Origin: Armatimonadota bacterium
Lineage (GTDB): Bacteria > Armatimonadota > Fimbriimonadia > Fimbriimonadales > GBS-DC
DNA: 48,215 bases
NCBI GenBank assembly: GCA_039630445.1
Contig: JBCNVA010000014.1
Span: 1-48,215, forward strand
Direction: 5' to 3'
Positions 38,775 through 48,205 of this stretch are shown here, piece by piece (positions within the stretch are counted from its first letter, which is position 1; every line of letters begins with the position of its first letter). Below the pieces are notes generated by a model that was not told where the DNA came from, searched no databases, and saw only the letters and a list, made by a program, of their open reading frames with translations. A program made the translations under genes and the position numbers.

Positions 38775-41700
38775 ATGGAGAAGCACAACGGTAAGGAGTT
38801 TTGGCGAAGCATAGGCGAGCTGGAGGGTGCGCCTCACCTGCAGGAGCAGCTCCAGCATGAGTTCCCGCGCGAGGCGGCGCCCCACAGCGATCTGGTCAGC
38901 CGCCGCCAGTTTCTGAAGCTGATGGGCGCGTCGATGGCGCTGGCTGGGCTGTCCGCATGTGGCTACAAGCCCCAGGGTCCCATCATCGCCCGCGCCAAAA
39001 TCCCTGAGGAATCGCCCGGCGAGTCGCTTTACTATGCCACCGCCGTGACGCTGGGCGGCTATGCCAAGGGCGTACTGGCGCGCGTGTACGAAGGGCGACC
39101 CATCAAGCTGGAAGGGAACGAACTTCACCCTGCCAGCCTCGGCAGCACCGACACCTTCACCCAAGCCGAAATCCTCAATCTGTATGACCCTGACCGCTCC
39201 CAGAGCCTGCTCAAGTTCGGGCAGATTCAGACCTGGCAGGCGTTCACGAGTGAGTTGATAGGACAGCTTGCCGTCCAGCAGGCAAAAAAGGGCAACGGTG
39301 TGCGCCTGCTGACGGGTATTGTGACTTCCCCTTCGCTCGCCGCGCAGATCCAGACCTTCCTGAAGGCGTATCCGCAGGCGAAGTGGTACCAGTGGGAGGC
39401 GGTCAACAACGACAATGTATACGAGGGCACGCGCCTCGCCTTCGGTGAATGGCTGAGCCCCATCTATCGGGTGAGGCAGGCGAAGGTGATCCTCGCGCTG
39501 GATAGCGATTTTCTGTACATGGGTCCTGCGGCGGTGCGTTATGCCCGCGAGTTTGCCGATGGACGGCGCGTGCGGGAGCACCACCGCGAGATGAACCGCC
39601 TCTATGTGGCGGAGCCGATGCCAACCGTCACGGGCTTCACCGCCGACCATCGGCTGCCCCTCCACTCCAGCCGTATCGGGCTGCTGGCTGCGGCTATTGC
39701 CCAGGTCGTCGGGGCACCTGTGCAAATCGCTACGCAGGGTGAGTTGACCCCTGAGGAACGCAAATGGGCAGAGGTCGTTGCCCGCGACCTGATGACCCAT
39801 CGGGGCGAGAGCCTCGTGATCGTGGGTGAGGCACAACCGCCCGCCGTGCACGCCATCGCATGGGCGATCAACGCAGCTTTGGGCAATCTTGGCAAGACAG
39901 TCGTGTTCACTGCACCTCCTGAAGCCAAGCCCACCCTCTGCACTGAGGACATCCGCACCTTAGCGAAGGAGATGGAGCAGGGGCAGGTAGAGGTGCTCAT
40001 CATGCTGGGCACGAACCCTGCCTATGACGCCCCTGCAGATCTCAACTTCGCGGAACTCATTCCCAAAGTGCCCTTCACGGTGCATCTGAGCGCCTACACC
40101 GACGAAACCTCCGCCTTGTGCGTCTGGCATGTGCCCGAAAGCCATCCGTTTGAGACTTGGGGTGATGCGCGGGCGTTCGATGGCACCGTTACCATCCAGC
40201 AGCCACTGATTTATCCGCTCTATCCGAACACGCGCTCTGCGCTGGAACTGATGGCAGTCATCAACGGGCAGGGAGGCAAGCAAGCATTTGAGCTGGTGCA
40301 GGAGTATTGGAAGGGCACGAATATTGTCCCTACAGCGCAATTTGATGCCTTCTGGCGCAAGAGCGTGCATGATGGGGTCATTCCCCGCACCGCGCTGCCC
40401 GTCAAGACGGTCAGCCTGCGGGCTGGGCTAACAGTACAACTACCCGCTATTGAGAATAAGCCGCTGGAGATCCGCTTCGCGCCCGATCCCACCATGTATG
40501 ACGGGCGGTTTGCGAACAACACCTGGTTGCAGGAGTTGCCCAAGCCCGTGAGCCGCCTCTGCTGGGACAATGTGGCGTACATGAGCCTCAAGACGGCGCA
40601 GGAACTGGGCGTGGTGGGCAAGGAAAATGTTGCCTTCGTGCACGACAGCGCGCCCTTGGTGCAGATTCGGGTCAACGGGCGTACGCTGGTCGCTGCTGCC
40701 TATCCCATCCCAGGGCATGTGGACAACGCCCTTACGCTCCATCTGGGGTATGGGCGCACCCGCGCGGGTTCCAACGGCTCCGGCACAGGCTTTAATGCTT
40801 ACACGCTACGCAGCAGCGACGCGATGTGGTTCGCTTCAGGGGCAGAGGTCGTCACCACAGGGCAGCGTTATCCCATCGCTCGCACGGAGGAGCACCACCT
40901 GATTGAGCACGGCAAGCTGGACAGCATGCATCACCGCCCCATCATGCTCGTGGGCACGCTGCAGGAGTTCCAGCAGGATCCGCACCTCAGCGCTCATCGG
41001 CACGGACACGGCGGTGAGCTGCCTTCGATGTACGGTGGCTTCAAGTACGACCGCTACAAGAACCCCGATAACTACCGCTATGCCTGGGCGATGGTGATCG
41101 ATCCGACGGTCTGCACGGGGTGCAGCGCGTGCGTGATTGCCTGCCAGGCGGAAAACAATATCTCCGTGGTTGGCAAGCGCGAGGTGATACGCCAGCGCGA
41201 GATGCACTGGCTGCGCATCGACCGCTACTTCAAGGGTCCTGTAGAAAACCCGCGCACTTATCAGTTGCCTGTGCCCTGTATGCAGTGTGAGAATGCGCCC
41301 TGCGAGCTGGTCTGCCCCGTCGCCGCGACGGTGCACGACCACGAGGGGCTGAATGTGATGGTGTACAACCGCTGTGTGGGCACGCGCTACTGCTCGAACA
41401 ACTGCCCCTACAAGGTGCGACGCTTCAACTTCTACCGCTACAGCTACATGAAGCAGCCGGTGCTGCACCTGCTGCAGAACCCCGATGTGACGGTGCGCGG
41501 ACGCGGTGTGATGGAGAAATGCACCTACTGCGTGCAGCGCATCAATCGGGCGCGCATTCAGGCAAAGAAGGAGAATCGGCGTATTCGCGACGGCGAAATC
41601 ATCCCTGCATGCCAGCAGGCATGCCCCACCAAAGCGATTGTGTTTGGCGATATGAATGATCCCGACAGCGAGGTGAGCAAGCTGCGCCGCGAACCCCATC

Positions 41701-41816
41701 TGTTCACCATGCTGGAGGAGCTGAACACGAAGCCGCGCACCACCTATCTGGCGCGGCTGGAGAACCCGAATCCCGAACTGGTGACGGAGGCATCGCATGC
41801 GGCAGACACCCATTAG
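38775..41816 (+). CDS. actB: Alternative complex III subunit B (molybdopterin-oxidoreductase-like plus Fe-S domain)
   Basis: FWRS..EL, Tat motif SRRQFLK, lipobox LSAC, GRPIKLEGN..HP, CTGCSACVIAC, CMQC.NAPC..VCP, RCVGTRYCSNNCPYK. Confidence 0.94.
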   Translation: MEKHNGKEFWRSIGELEGAPHLQEQLQHEFPREAAPHSDLVSRRQFLKLMGASMALAGLSACGYKPQGPIIARAKIPEESPGESLYYATAVTLGGYAKGVLARVYEGRPIKLEGNELHPASLGSTDTFTQAEILNLYDPDRSQSLLKFGQIQTWQAFTSELIGQLAVQQAKKGNGVRLLTGIVTSPSLAAQIQTFLKAYPQAKWYQWEAVNNDNVYEGTRLAFGEWLSPIYRVRQAKVILALDSDFLYMGPAAVRYAREFADGRRVREHHREMNRLYVAEPMPTVTGFTADHRLPLHSSRIGLLAAAIAQVVGAPVQIATQGELTPEERKWAEVVARDLMTHRGESLVIVGEAQPPAVHAIAWAINAALGNLGKTVVFTAPPEAKPTLCTEDIRTLAKEMEQGQVEVLIMLGTNPAYDAPADLNFAELIPKVPFTVHLSAYTDETSALCVWHVPESHPFETWGDARAFDGTVTIQQPLIYPLYPNTRSALELMAVINGQGGKQAFELVQEYWKGTNIVPTAQFDAFWRKSVHDGVIPRTALPVKTVSLRAGLTVQLPAIENKPLEIRFAPDPTMYDGRFANNTWLQELPKPVSRLCWDNVAYMSLKTAQELGVVGKENVAFVHDSAPLVQIRVNGRTLVAAAYPIPGHVDNALTLHLGYGRTRAGSNGSGTGFNAYTLRSSDAMWFASGAEVVTTGQRYPIARTEEHHLIEHGKLDSMHHRPIMLVGTLQEFQQDPHLSAHRHGHGGELPSMYGGFKYDRYKNPDNYRYAWAMVIDPTVCTGCSACVIACQAENNISVVGKREVIRQREMHWLRIDRYFKGPVENPRTYQLPVPCMQCENAPCELVCPVAATVHDHEGLNVMVYNRCVGTRYCSNNCPYKVRRFNFYRYSYMKQPVLHLLQNPDVTVRGRGVMEKCTYCVQRINRARIQAKKENRRIRDGEIIPACQQACPTKAIVFGDMNDPDSEVSKLRREPHLFTMLEELNTKPRTTYLARLENPNPELVTEASHAADTH

Positions 41817-43233
41817 AGAAGGTGCGATTCAGGAACCGCCCCTGTTCGAGGGGCCACAGACCTATGAGCGCATCACGGCGCAGATTGGGGACATCCCGTT
41901 CGAGAAGCACCCAGTCGGTTGGACGATTGCGTTCGGGCTGGGCTTCACGGGCACCACGCTGCTGATTTTCGCGCTGGTGGTGCTGCTTGCAATCGGCGTG
42001 GGCATCTGGGGTGTGGACCAACCCGTGGGCTGGGGCTTCGATATCATCAACTTCGTCTGGTGGATTGGAATTGGTCACGCGGGCACGCTGATTTCCGCCA
42101 TCCTGCTGCTGATGCGTCAGGCGTGGCGCATGTCGATCAACCGCTTCGCCGAGGCGATGACCATTTTCGCCGTGATGTGCGCGGGGATGTTCCCTCTGTT
42201 CCACACGGGGCGTCCGTGGGTGGCTTACTGGCTCTTTCCCCTGCCGAACTGGCTGGCGATGTGGCCCCAGTTCCGCAGCCCGCTGGAGTGGGATGTGTTT
42301 GCCGTCTCCACCTACTTCACGGTGTCGGTGCTGTTCTGGTACATGGGGCTGATCCCCGATTTAGCTTCGGTACGCGACCGCGCCAAGAGCCATCTGGCAA
42401 AGGTCATCAGCGGGATCCTGTCGTGGGGCTGGCGCAACTCCGCTATCCACTGGATGCGCTTCGAAAGCGCCTACCTGCTGCTGGCAGGCTTGTCCACGCC
42501 GCTGGTGCTCTCTGTCCACTCGGTAGTGAGCCTCGACTTCGCGATCTCGATCGTGCCCGGCTGGCATGTGACGATTTTCCCGCCCTACTTCGTAGCGGGC
42601 GCCATCTATTCGGGCTTCGCGATGGTGCTGACTCTTGCCATCCCCTTCCGCATCCTCTACCCGAAGCTGCGCGAATATATCACGATGCACCACATCGATA
42701 TGATGGCAAAGGTGATGCTTGCCACAGGGCTAATTGTGTTCTACGGCTACATGATGGAAGCCTTTTTCGGGTTCTATAGCGCGAACATCTTTGAAAAATA
42801 CATGATCACGAACCGTATGTTTGGTCCCTACTGGCCCATCTACTGGGCGCTCATCGTGTGCAACGGCGTAGTGCCTCAGCTGCTCTGGTTCCAGAAGGTG
42901 CGCTTCAATCTCTGGTTGCTGTTTATTATCTCGCTGATTGTCAATGTGGGCATGTGGCTGGAGCGGTTCGTGATTGTGGTAACGAGTGTTCATCGCGACT
43001 TCACGCCATCCGCGTGGGGCATGTACGGACCGACCTTCTGGGATTGGGCGATGTATATCGGCACATTAGGCTTCTTCACGATGATGATGTTCGTCTTTGC
43101 GCGATTTGTGCCGATGCTGGCGATGGCGGAGTTGAAAGACCTCTGGTATCGGCTGTATGGACATGGGGGCGGGCATAACGGGCACGCGAAAACGGAGTCG
43201 CCTGCCCCAACTCGGACAGGAGGTGGCGCGTAG
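41797..43233 (+). CDS. actC: Alternative complex III quinol-binding subunit (NrfD family)
   Basis: WGFDIINFVWWIGIGHAGTLISAIL, RFAEAMT, FRSPL.WDVFAVSTY, HSVVS.DF. Confidence 0.95.
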   Translation: MRQTPIREGAIQEPPLFEGPQTYERITAQIGDIPFEKHPVGWTIAFGLGFTGTTLLIFALVVLLAIGVGIWGVDQPVGWGFDIINFVWWIGIGHAGTLISAILLLMRQAWRMSINRFAEAMTIFAVMCAGMFPLFHTGRPWVAYWLFPLPNWLAMWPQFRSPLEWDVFAVSTYFTVSVLFWYMGLIPDLASVRDRAKSHLAKVISGILSWGWRNSAIHWMRFESAYLLLAGLSTPLVLSVHSVVSLDFAISIVPGWHVTIFPPYFVAGAIYSGFAMVLTLAIPFRILYPKLREYITMHHIDMMAKVMLATGLIVFYGYMMEAFFGFYSANIFEKYMITNRMFGPYWPIYWALIVCNGVVPQLLWFQKVRFNLWLLFIISLIVNVGMWLERFVIVVTSVHRDFTPSAWGMYGPTFWDWAMYIGTLGFFTMMMFVFARFVPMLAMAELKDLWYRLYGHGGGHNGHAKTESPAPTRTGGGA

Positions 43234-43235
43234 CG

Positions 43236-43784
43236 ATGGCGCATGTAGCAGTAGCTCCAAGGATTTACGGCATTATGGCGGAGTTTGAGTCGCCCGAGGC
43301 GTTGATCGAGGCGGCACGCCAGACGCGGCTGGAGGGCTACCGCCGCTTCGATTGCTACACGCCGTTTCCCATTCACGGCTTGACCGACGCGATGGGCGTG
43401 CGCGAGGCGAAGGTGCCATGGACGGTGTTCATCTGCGGCTTGATTGGGGCGCTTTTCGGCTTCGGATTGCAGGTCTACACCAGCGCCATCGACTACCCGC
43501 TCATGGTCGGCGGGCGCGACCTGATTAGCTGGCCCTACTTCATCCCCGTCACCTTCGAGTGTATGGTGCTGTTCGCGGCGTTTGGGGCATTCATCGGCAT
43601 GCTGGCATACAACGGCTTGCCTGCGCCGTATCATCCTGTGTTCAATGTGCCCCAGTTCGTCCGCGCCAGCGTGGATCGCTTCTTCCTGTGCATCGAGTCG
43701 CGCGACCCGAAGTTCGACCCGCAGCGCACGCGGGAATTCCTGCAGCGTCTGAACCCCATCAGCATTAGCGAGGTGGAGGAGTGA
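43236..43784 (+). CDS. actD: Alternative complex III subunit D (DUF3341)
   Basis: AEFE.PE.L, YTPFPIHGL, DYPL.VGGR, FIPVTFE, S.DRFFL.I. Confidence 0.93.
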   Translation: MAHVAVAPRIYGIMAEFESPEALIEAARQTRLEGYRRFDCYTPFPIHGLTDAMGVREAKVPWTVFICGLIGALFGFGLQVYTSAIDYPLMVGGRDLISWPYFIPVTFECMVLFAAFGAFIGMLAYNGLPAPYHPVFNVPQFVRASVDRFFLCIESRDPKFDPQRTREFLQRLNPISISEVEE

Positions 43785-44503
43785 ACATGGTAAGCGGCGA
43801 GCGGCGAGTGGCGAGTGGTAAGTGGCAAATGGCGCGTAGCGAGTGGCGGGCTATTGCTATCTGCTCTGCGCTCGTTGCGCTGTGTTTCGGGTTGAGTGGC
43901 TGCCGCACCGATATGTGGGTGCAGCAGCGGGTGGAGGCACAGAGCAACAGCGAATTTTATGCGATTACTGAGCAGTTAGTTGGTCCCGATGGGCGGATTT
44001 ATGGCTCTGGTTCACGCCCGACGCCGCCGAACACCATCGCGCGGGGACGCTTAGTTGACCCGAACGACCCGCTGCTGACGGGCAAGGACGCTAAAGGCAA
44101 CCAGTTGAACACGCTGCCTCCGCCACTCAAACTCACGCGCGAGTTGCTGGATCGGGGTCAGGAGCAGTACGATGTGTTCTGCGCTCCCTGTCACGGCAGG
44201 GCGGGCGACGGCAAAGGGATGATCGCGCTGCGCGGGCAGTGGCCTCGGATGCCTGCCTCGCTGATCGACGCGCGGATGCAGAGCATGCCACTGGGCTACT
44301 TCTATGCTGTCGCCACGAACGGCTTCGGCATCATGTACGGCTACGGCAAGCGCATGCCTCCAGAGGATCGCTGGGCGATAGCTGCCTACATTCGAGTCCT
44401 GCAGCTCAGCCAGAACGCGAAGTTCACCGAGCTGCCTCCTGAGGACCAGCAGAAGGCGCTGGAGGCGTTCGCCAAGCAGATGGAACAGGGCGCGGAGGAA
44501 TAG
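43781..44503 (+). CDS. actE: Alternative complex III monoheme cytochrome c lipoprotein
   Basis: Lipobox LSGC, RGQE.YD.FCAPCHG, DRWAI.AYIR.LQ.SQ; start may be ATG 43787 or later. Confidence 0.9.
   Translation: MNMVSGERRVASGKWQMARSEWRAIAICSALVALCFGLSGCRTDMWVQQRVEAQSNSEFYAITEQLVGPDGRIYGSGSRPTPPNTIARGRLVDPNDPLLTGKDAKGNQLNTLPPPLKLTRELLDRGQEQYDVFCAPCHGRAGDGKGMIALRGQWPRMPASLIDARMQSMPLGYFYAVATNGFGIMYGYGKRMPPEDRWAIAAYIRVLQLSQNAKFTELPPEDQQKALEAFAKQMEQGAEE
43787..43848 (+). repeat. Degenerate 7-mer tandem repeat at the actD/actE junction, translated into the ActE N-terminus
   Basis: ATGGT AAGCGGC GAGCGGC GAGTGGC GAGTGGT AAGTGGC AAATGGC GCGTAGC GAGTGGC. Confidence 0.85.
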
Positions 44504-44504
44504 G

Positions 44505-45704
44505 ATGAGCATGGTCAATCTTGCTGCGGAGCAGGTGCGAGGCACGATTGAGCGGGCGCGTGGAACCGCCCTGATGCTGGGCATTATTGGGCTGATCCTT
44601 TGGGCGACAGGGCTGTTCACGAACCGCACGCTCGCCTTTCAGGGCTATCATTTCGCCTTCATCTTCTGGGTAGGGCTGGGCATCGGCTGCCTTGGCATGA
44701 CGCTGCTGGTGCATGTGGTGCGTGGCAAGTGGGGTCAGCCGCTGGTGCGTCTCTTTGAGGCAGGGGCGCAGACCCTCGTACCGCTGGGCGTGATTATGTT
44801 CATTCCCGTGCTGCTGGGCATGCACGCCATTTTTGAGTGGACACATGCCGATGTGGTGCAAAAAGATCCGATCATCGCCTTCAAGGCGAAGTACTATCTC
44901 AATCTGCCCTTTTTCCTGGTTCGGGTGGCGGCGTACTTTGCGCTATGGTGGCTTCTGACCTCTGTGATGGTGCGCAGCAGCACGCAACAAGACGCGGCAA
45001 GAGACCCGATTGAAGCTGAGATGATTTCGCGTCAACGGATGACCCCAGCTGCTGTGGGCATCCCCTTCTATGTGTTGGCGGTGACCTTTTTCACGGTGGA
45101 CATGGCAATGTCGCTGCAGCCCCACTGGTTCTCCACGATGTATGGGGTCATCTTTCTGGTGGGGTTTGCTCTGACTGCGATGGCGTTGGCGACGCTGCTG
45201 GTGGTGTCCTGGCGCGAAATCCCACCTTACAAGGGGTTGATCCATTTCGAGTTCCGCCGTGACTGGGGCAACCTGCTGTTCACGATGACGGTGTTCTGGT
45301 CGTATGTCTCCTTCTCCCAGCTGCTGATTATCTATTCAGGCAACCTGCCCGAGGAGACAAGCTTCTACCTGCGACGCAACGCAGGGGGCTGGCATCCCGT
45401 GTCGTGGCTGATTGTGATTTTCCACTTCTTTGTGCCGTTCTTCATGCTGCTGGCACCGCGCACGAAGCGTATTCCACAACTGCTGATCCTGAGTGCGGCT
45501 ATTCTGCTGGCAATCCGCGTGATTGAGATGTTCTGGGAGATCAAGCCTGCTTTCTCGGCGACTTTTAGCGTGAGCTTGTACGATGTGGCGGCGTTTGTGG
45601 GACTGGGCGGCATCTGGTTCTGGGCGATGTTCGGCAATCTGCTGAAGCGCCCGCTGCTGCCGCAGAACGAGCCACGCCTGGCGGAGGTGCCGCATGCACA
45701 TTAA
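44505..45704 (+). CDS. actF: Alternative complex III subunit F
   Basis: Polytopic membrane protein; YLN.PFF..R, MSL.PHWFSTMYG, D.G.LLF, Y..FSQ.LII.SGNLPEE. Confidence 0.92.
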   Translation: MSMVNLAAEQVRGTIERARGTALMLGIIGLILWATGLFTNRTLAFQGYHFAFIFWVGLGIGCLGMTLLVHVVRGKWGQPLVRLFEAGAQTLVPLGVIMFIPVLLGMHAIFEWTHADVVQKDPIIAFKAKYYLNLPFFLVRVAAYFALWWLLTSVMVRSSTQQDAARDPIEAEMISRQRMTPAAVGIPFYVLAVTFFTVDMAMSLQPHWFSTMYGVIFLVGFALTAMALATLLVVSWREIPPYKGLIHFEFRRDWGNLLFTMTVFWSYVSFSQLLIIYSGNLPEETSFYLRRNAGGWHPVSWLIVIFHFFVPFFMLLAPRTKRIPQLLILSAAILLAIRVIEMFWEIKPAFSATFSVSLYDVAAFVGLGGIWFWAMFGNLLKRPLLPQNEPRLAEVPHAH

Positions 45705-45706
45705 AG

Positions 45707-45764
45707 GGCGAAGTGGCGCAATAGCGAATGGCGAAATGGTAAGAGAGCGAAGTGGCGAAATGGC
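45707..45764 (+). repeat. Degenerate 7/8-mer tandem repeat between actF and actG
   Basis: GGC GAAGTGGC GCAATAGC GAATGGC GAAATGGT AAGAGAGC GAAGTGGC GAAATGGC. Confidence 0.88.
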
Positions 45765-45800
45765 AGGAGATCGGTATTCGCTTCAAGATGGAGGTAGTGT

Positions 45801-46265
45801 ATGGAACTGCTTAAACCCGTAACGCCGGAGGAGCTGGAGCAGATCGAAAAGACGCCCTATGAGGCGCGAGACCTGTCGGTGCGCGCGATGGTGCAGTTCC
45901 TCGCGCTCATCTTCTTCACCATTATCGGCTCACTCATCATTTCCTACTTTGTCTTTCTGTGGATCCTGCCCAAGGAGGAACCGGGGCTACCCTCTGTTCG
46001 TAAGGAAGCATTGGAGAGACAGCTACCACCAGAGCCGCGCGTGCAAGGGTTCCCCATGCAGGACTGGGAAAAGTTCTATGCCCAAGAGATCGAGAAGACC
46101 ACCACCTACTCTGTTGACCCCAAAACGGGCATCGCGCGGATTCCGGTGGAGCGCGCGAAGGAAATCATTCTGCAGCGAGGGTTAGGAGGAACGCCCACGC
46201 CACAAGGGACAAACCGTTCGGGCGGAACACCTAACTCCCAAGGGGTGAAAACAGATGCGAAATAG
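45801..46265 (+). CDS. Single-TM protein at the ActG position
   Basis: One TM helix, PPEPR.Q, RIP.ERA; lies between actF and SCO; SD GGAGG. Confidence 0.7.
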   Translation: MELLKPVTPEELEQIEKTPYEARDLSVRAMVQFLALIFFTIIGSLIISYFVFLWILPKEEPGLPSVRKEALERQLPPEPRVQGFPMQDWEKFYAQEIEKTTTYSVDPKTGIARIPVERAKEIILQRGLGGTPTPQGTNRSGGTPNSQGVKTDAK

Positions 46266-47223
46266 CGAACGGCGAATCGCGAATGGCAAGTGGAACAGTC
46301 CGCGCCACCAGAAAAGGTGGGCGTGGCTGATTGGAGGCATGCTGCTACTTGGGGGGCTATTCAGTTCCACAACAGCGCAGCTGTACCGCCGCCCGCCAGA
46401 ACTGACCGCAGAGGTGAACCAGCGGGTGCTTGAAAATGTAGACATCAAGCAAAAACTGAACGCGCAGGTTCCGCTCGATCTGACTTTCCGTGACGAGACA
46501 GGCAACACGGTTCGGCTGGGCGACTACTTTGGCAAGCGTCCCGTTATCCTCACGATGAATTACTACGAGTGCCCTATGCTCTGCACTGTCGTGCTGAACG
46601 AATTGACTCGGGCACTCAACGCGATTGAGTACCGCATCGGCAAGGACTTCGAGGTAGTCACGGTGAGTATTGCGCCCAACGAGACGCCCCAGCTGGCAGC
46701 TAAAAAGAAGGCGAACTATGTCAAAGCCTATCGCTACGGAGGGGCGGAGAAGGGCTGGCACTTCCTGACAGGCGAGGAGGCAAACATTCGCCGGCTGGCA
46801 GATGCGGTGGGGTTCCAGTATGTGTATGACCCGCGCACCAAGCAGTACGCGCATACCGCTGCCATCATGATCCTCACGCCTGATGGACGGCTTTCGCGCT
46901 ACTTGCTGGGCGTCATGTACGCCCCAAGAGACCTGGAGTTTGCCCTGATGGAGGCTTCGGAGGGCAAGATTGGCAATCCCGTGAAGCGGGTGGTTCTCTA
47001 TTGCTACCAATATGATCCGTCCACAGGCAAGTACGGGCTGGTGATTCTTCGGCTTGTGCAGGTGGGTGGCGTGCTGACGGTGCTGGCGTTGGGGCTGCTG
47101 ATTGGCGGTCTGCTGTGGTTGGAGCGGCGTCGCCCGCGCACGGGTGATAGCGAAATGGCGAATGGTGAAGTGGCGAATAGTGAAGTGGCGAAATGGCGAA
47201 GTGGCGAAAAGCGAGTGAGGTGA
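46255..47223 (+). CDS. SCO1/SenC family copper chaperone
   Basis: YYECPMLC (CxxxC), WHFLTG, QYAH, C-terminal CYQYDP..GKY plus TM helix. Confidence 0.92.
   Translation: MRNSERRIANGKWNSPRHQKRWAWLIGGMLLLGGLFSSTTAQLYRRPPELTAEVNQRVLENVDIKQKLNAQVPLDLTFRDETGNTVRLGDYFGKRPVILTMNYYECPMLCTVVLNELTRALNAIEYRIGKDFEVVTVSIAPNETPQLAAKKKANYVKAYRYGGAEKGWHFLTGEEANIRRLADAVGFQYVYDPRTKQYAHTAAIMILTPDGRLSRYLLGVMYAPRDLEFALMEASEGKIGNPVKRVVLYCYQYDPSTGKYGLVILRLVQVGGVLTVLALGLLIGGLLWLERRRPRTGDSEMANGEVANSEVAKWRSGEKRVR
46257..46293 (+). repeat. Degenerate 7/8-mer repeat at the actG/SCO junction
   Basis: GC GAAATAGC GAACGGC GAATCGC GAATGGC AAGTGG. Confidence 0.8.
47146..47217 (+). repeat. Degenerate 7/8-mer repeat at the SCO/coxB junction, translated into the SCO tail
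   Basis: GATAGC GAAATGGC GAATGGT GAAGTGGC GAATAGT GAAGTGGC GAAATGGC GAAGTGGC GAAAAGC GAGTG. Confidence 0.9.
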
Positions 47224-47229
47224 GACGCT

Positions 47230-48204
47230 AGGTGGAACATTCCGTTCCTTCCGCCGACGGCATCGAAAGAGGGCGAGGCGATCTCCGCCCTCTACTGGAC
47301 GATTAGCATCTTAGCCATCATCTTTGGCGCGATTGTGCTGTTCGGTGCGGTCTATCTGGCAGTGAAGTATCGCGCCAGTAATGAGGCAGTGCGCCGCGAC
47401 GATGCCGTGGAGACCGATATGCGGTTGGAGTTGGGTTGGACGCTGGTGCCGCTCATCCTGGCAATCGCAATTTTCGGCTGGGCTGCTAAACTCTACGGTG
47501 ACATCTACGCGCCGCGCGAAGGGGCTTATGAAGTGTTCGTGATCGGTAAGCAGTGGATGTGGCACTGCCAGCACCCGAACGGCGTTCGCGAAAACAACGA
47601 GTTGCACCTGCCCGCTGGGCGACTGGTGAAGGTCAACCTCATCTCGCAAGATGTGATCCATGCCTTCTCGATTCCTGCCTTCCGCATCAAGCGCGATGCT
47701 GTGCCCGGACGCTATAATGCGATGTTCTTCACGCCCACCAAACCGGGCAAATACCATCTGTTCTGCACCGAGTATTGTGGTACAAAGCACTCGGAGATGA
47801 TTGGCTGGGTCTATGTGCTGCCTCCAGAGGAGTTCCAGCAGTGGCTGGCACAGGGCGGCGGCGCGGCGGCTGCGACCACCGCGATGTCCCTGGAGCAGCA
47901 GGGCAAGCAGGTGTTTGAGGGTGTAGGCGCGTGCAACTCGTGCCATATGAACCCGAACGCCGCCGTCAAAGCGCCCGACTTGCGTGGACTGTTCGGCAAA
48001 AAGGTAAAATTAGCGGATGGACGCACCGTCGTCGCCGATGAAGCCTATATTCGTGAATCGATTCTTAATCCGGGTGCAAAGATAGTAGCAGGCTATCAAA
48101 ACCTGATGCCACCCTATCAGGGTGTGCTGAGTGAGGAACAGATTATTCAGTTAATCGCTTATATCAAATCGCTGGCAAACGAGCAGCCAGCAGGAGGGAT
48201 GTAA
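47230..48204 (+). CDS. coxB: Cytochrome c oxidase subunit II with fused cytochrome c (caa3 type); apparent start codon reads AGG
   Basis: KQWMW, DVIH, CuA motif CTEYCGTKHSEM, heme motif CNSCH; the frame is open upstream of GTG 47335 through WNIPFLPPTAS...ISALYW. Confidence 0.9.
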   Translation, partial: RWNIPFLPPTASKEGEAISALYWTISILAIIFGAIVLFGAVYLAVKYRASNEAVRRDDAVETDMRLELGWTLVPLILAIAIFGWAAKLYGDIYAPREGAYEVFVIGKQWMWHCQHPNGVRENNELHLPAGRLVKVNLISQDVIHAFSIPAFRIKRDAVPGRYNAMFFTPTKPGKYHLFCTEYCGTKHSEMIGWVYVLPPEEFQQWLAQGGGAAAATTAMSLEQQGKQVFEGVGACNSCHMNPNAAVKAPDLRGLFGKKVKLADGRTVVADEAYIRESILNPGAKIVAGYQNLMPPYQGVLSEEQIIQLIAYIKSLANEQPAGGM

Positions 48205-48205
48205 G

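Noticed and set aside
45760-45822. Mini-ORF MAGDRYSLQDGGSVWNCLNP starting in the repeat tract, as a four-helix-bundle gene remnant
   Set aside because: Only vague similarity over 20 codons, and it overlaps the actG SD and start; unsupportable without alignment.
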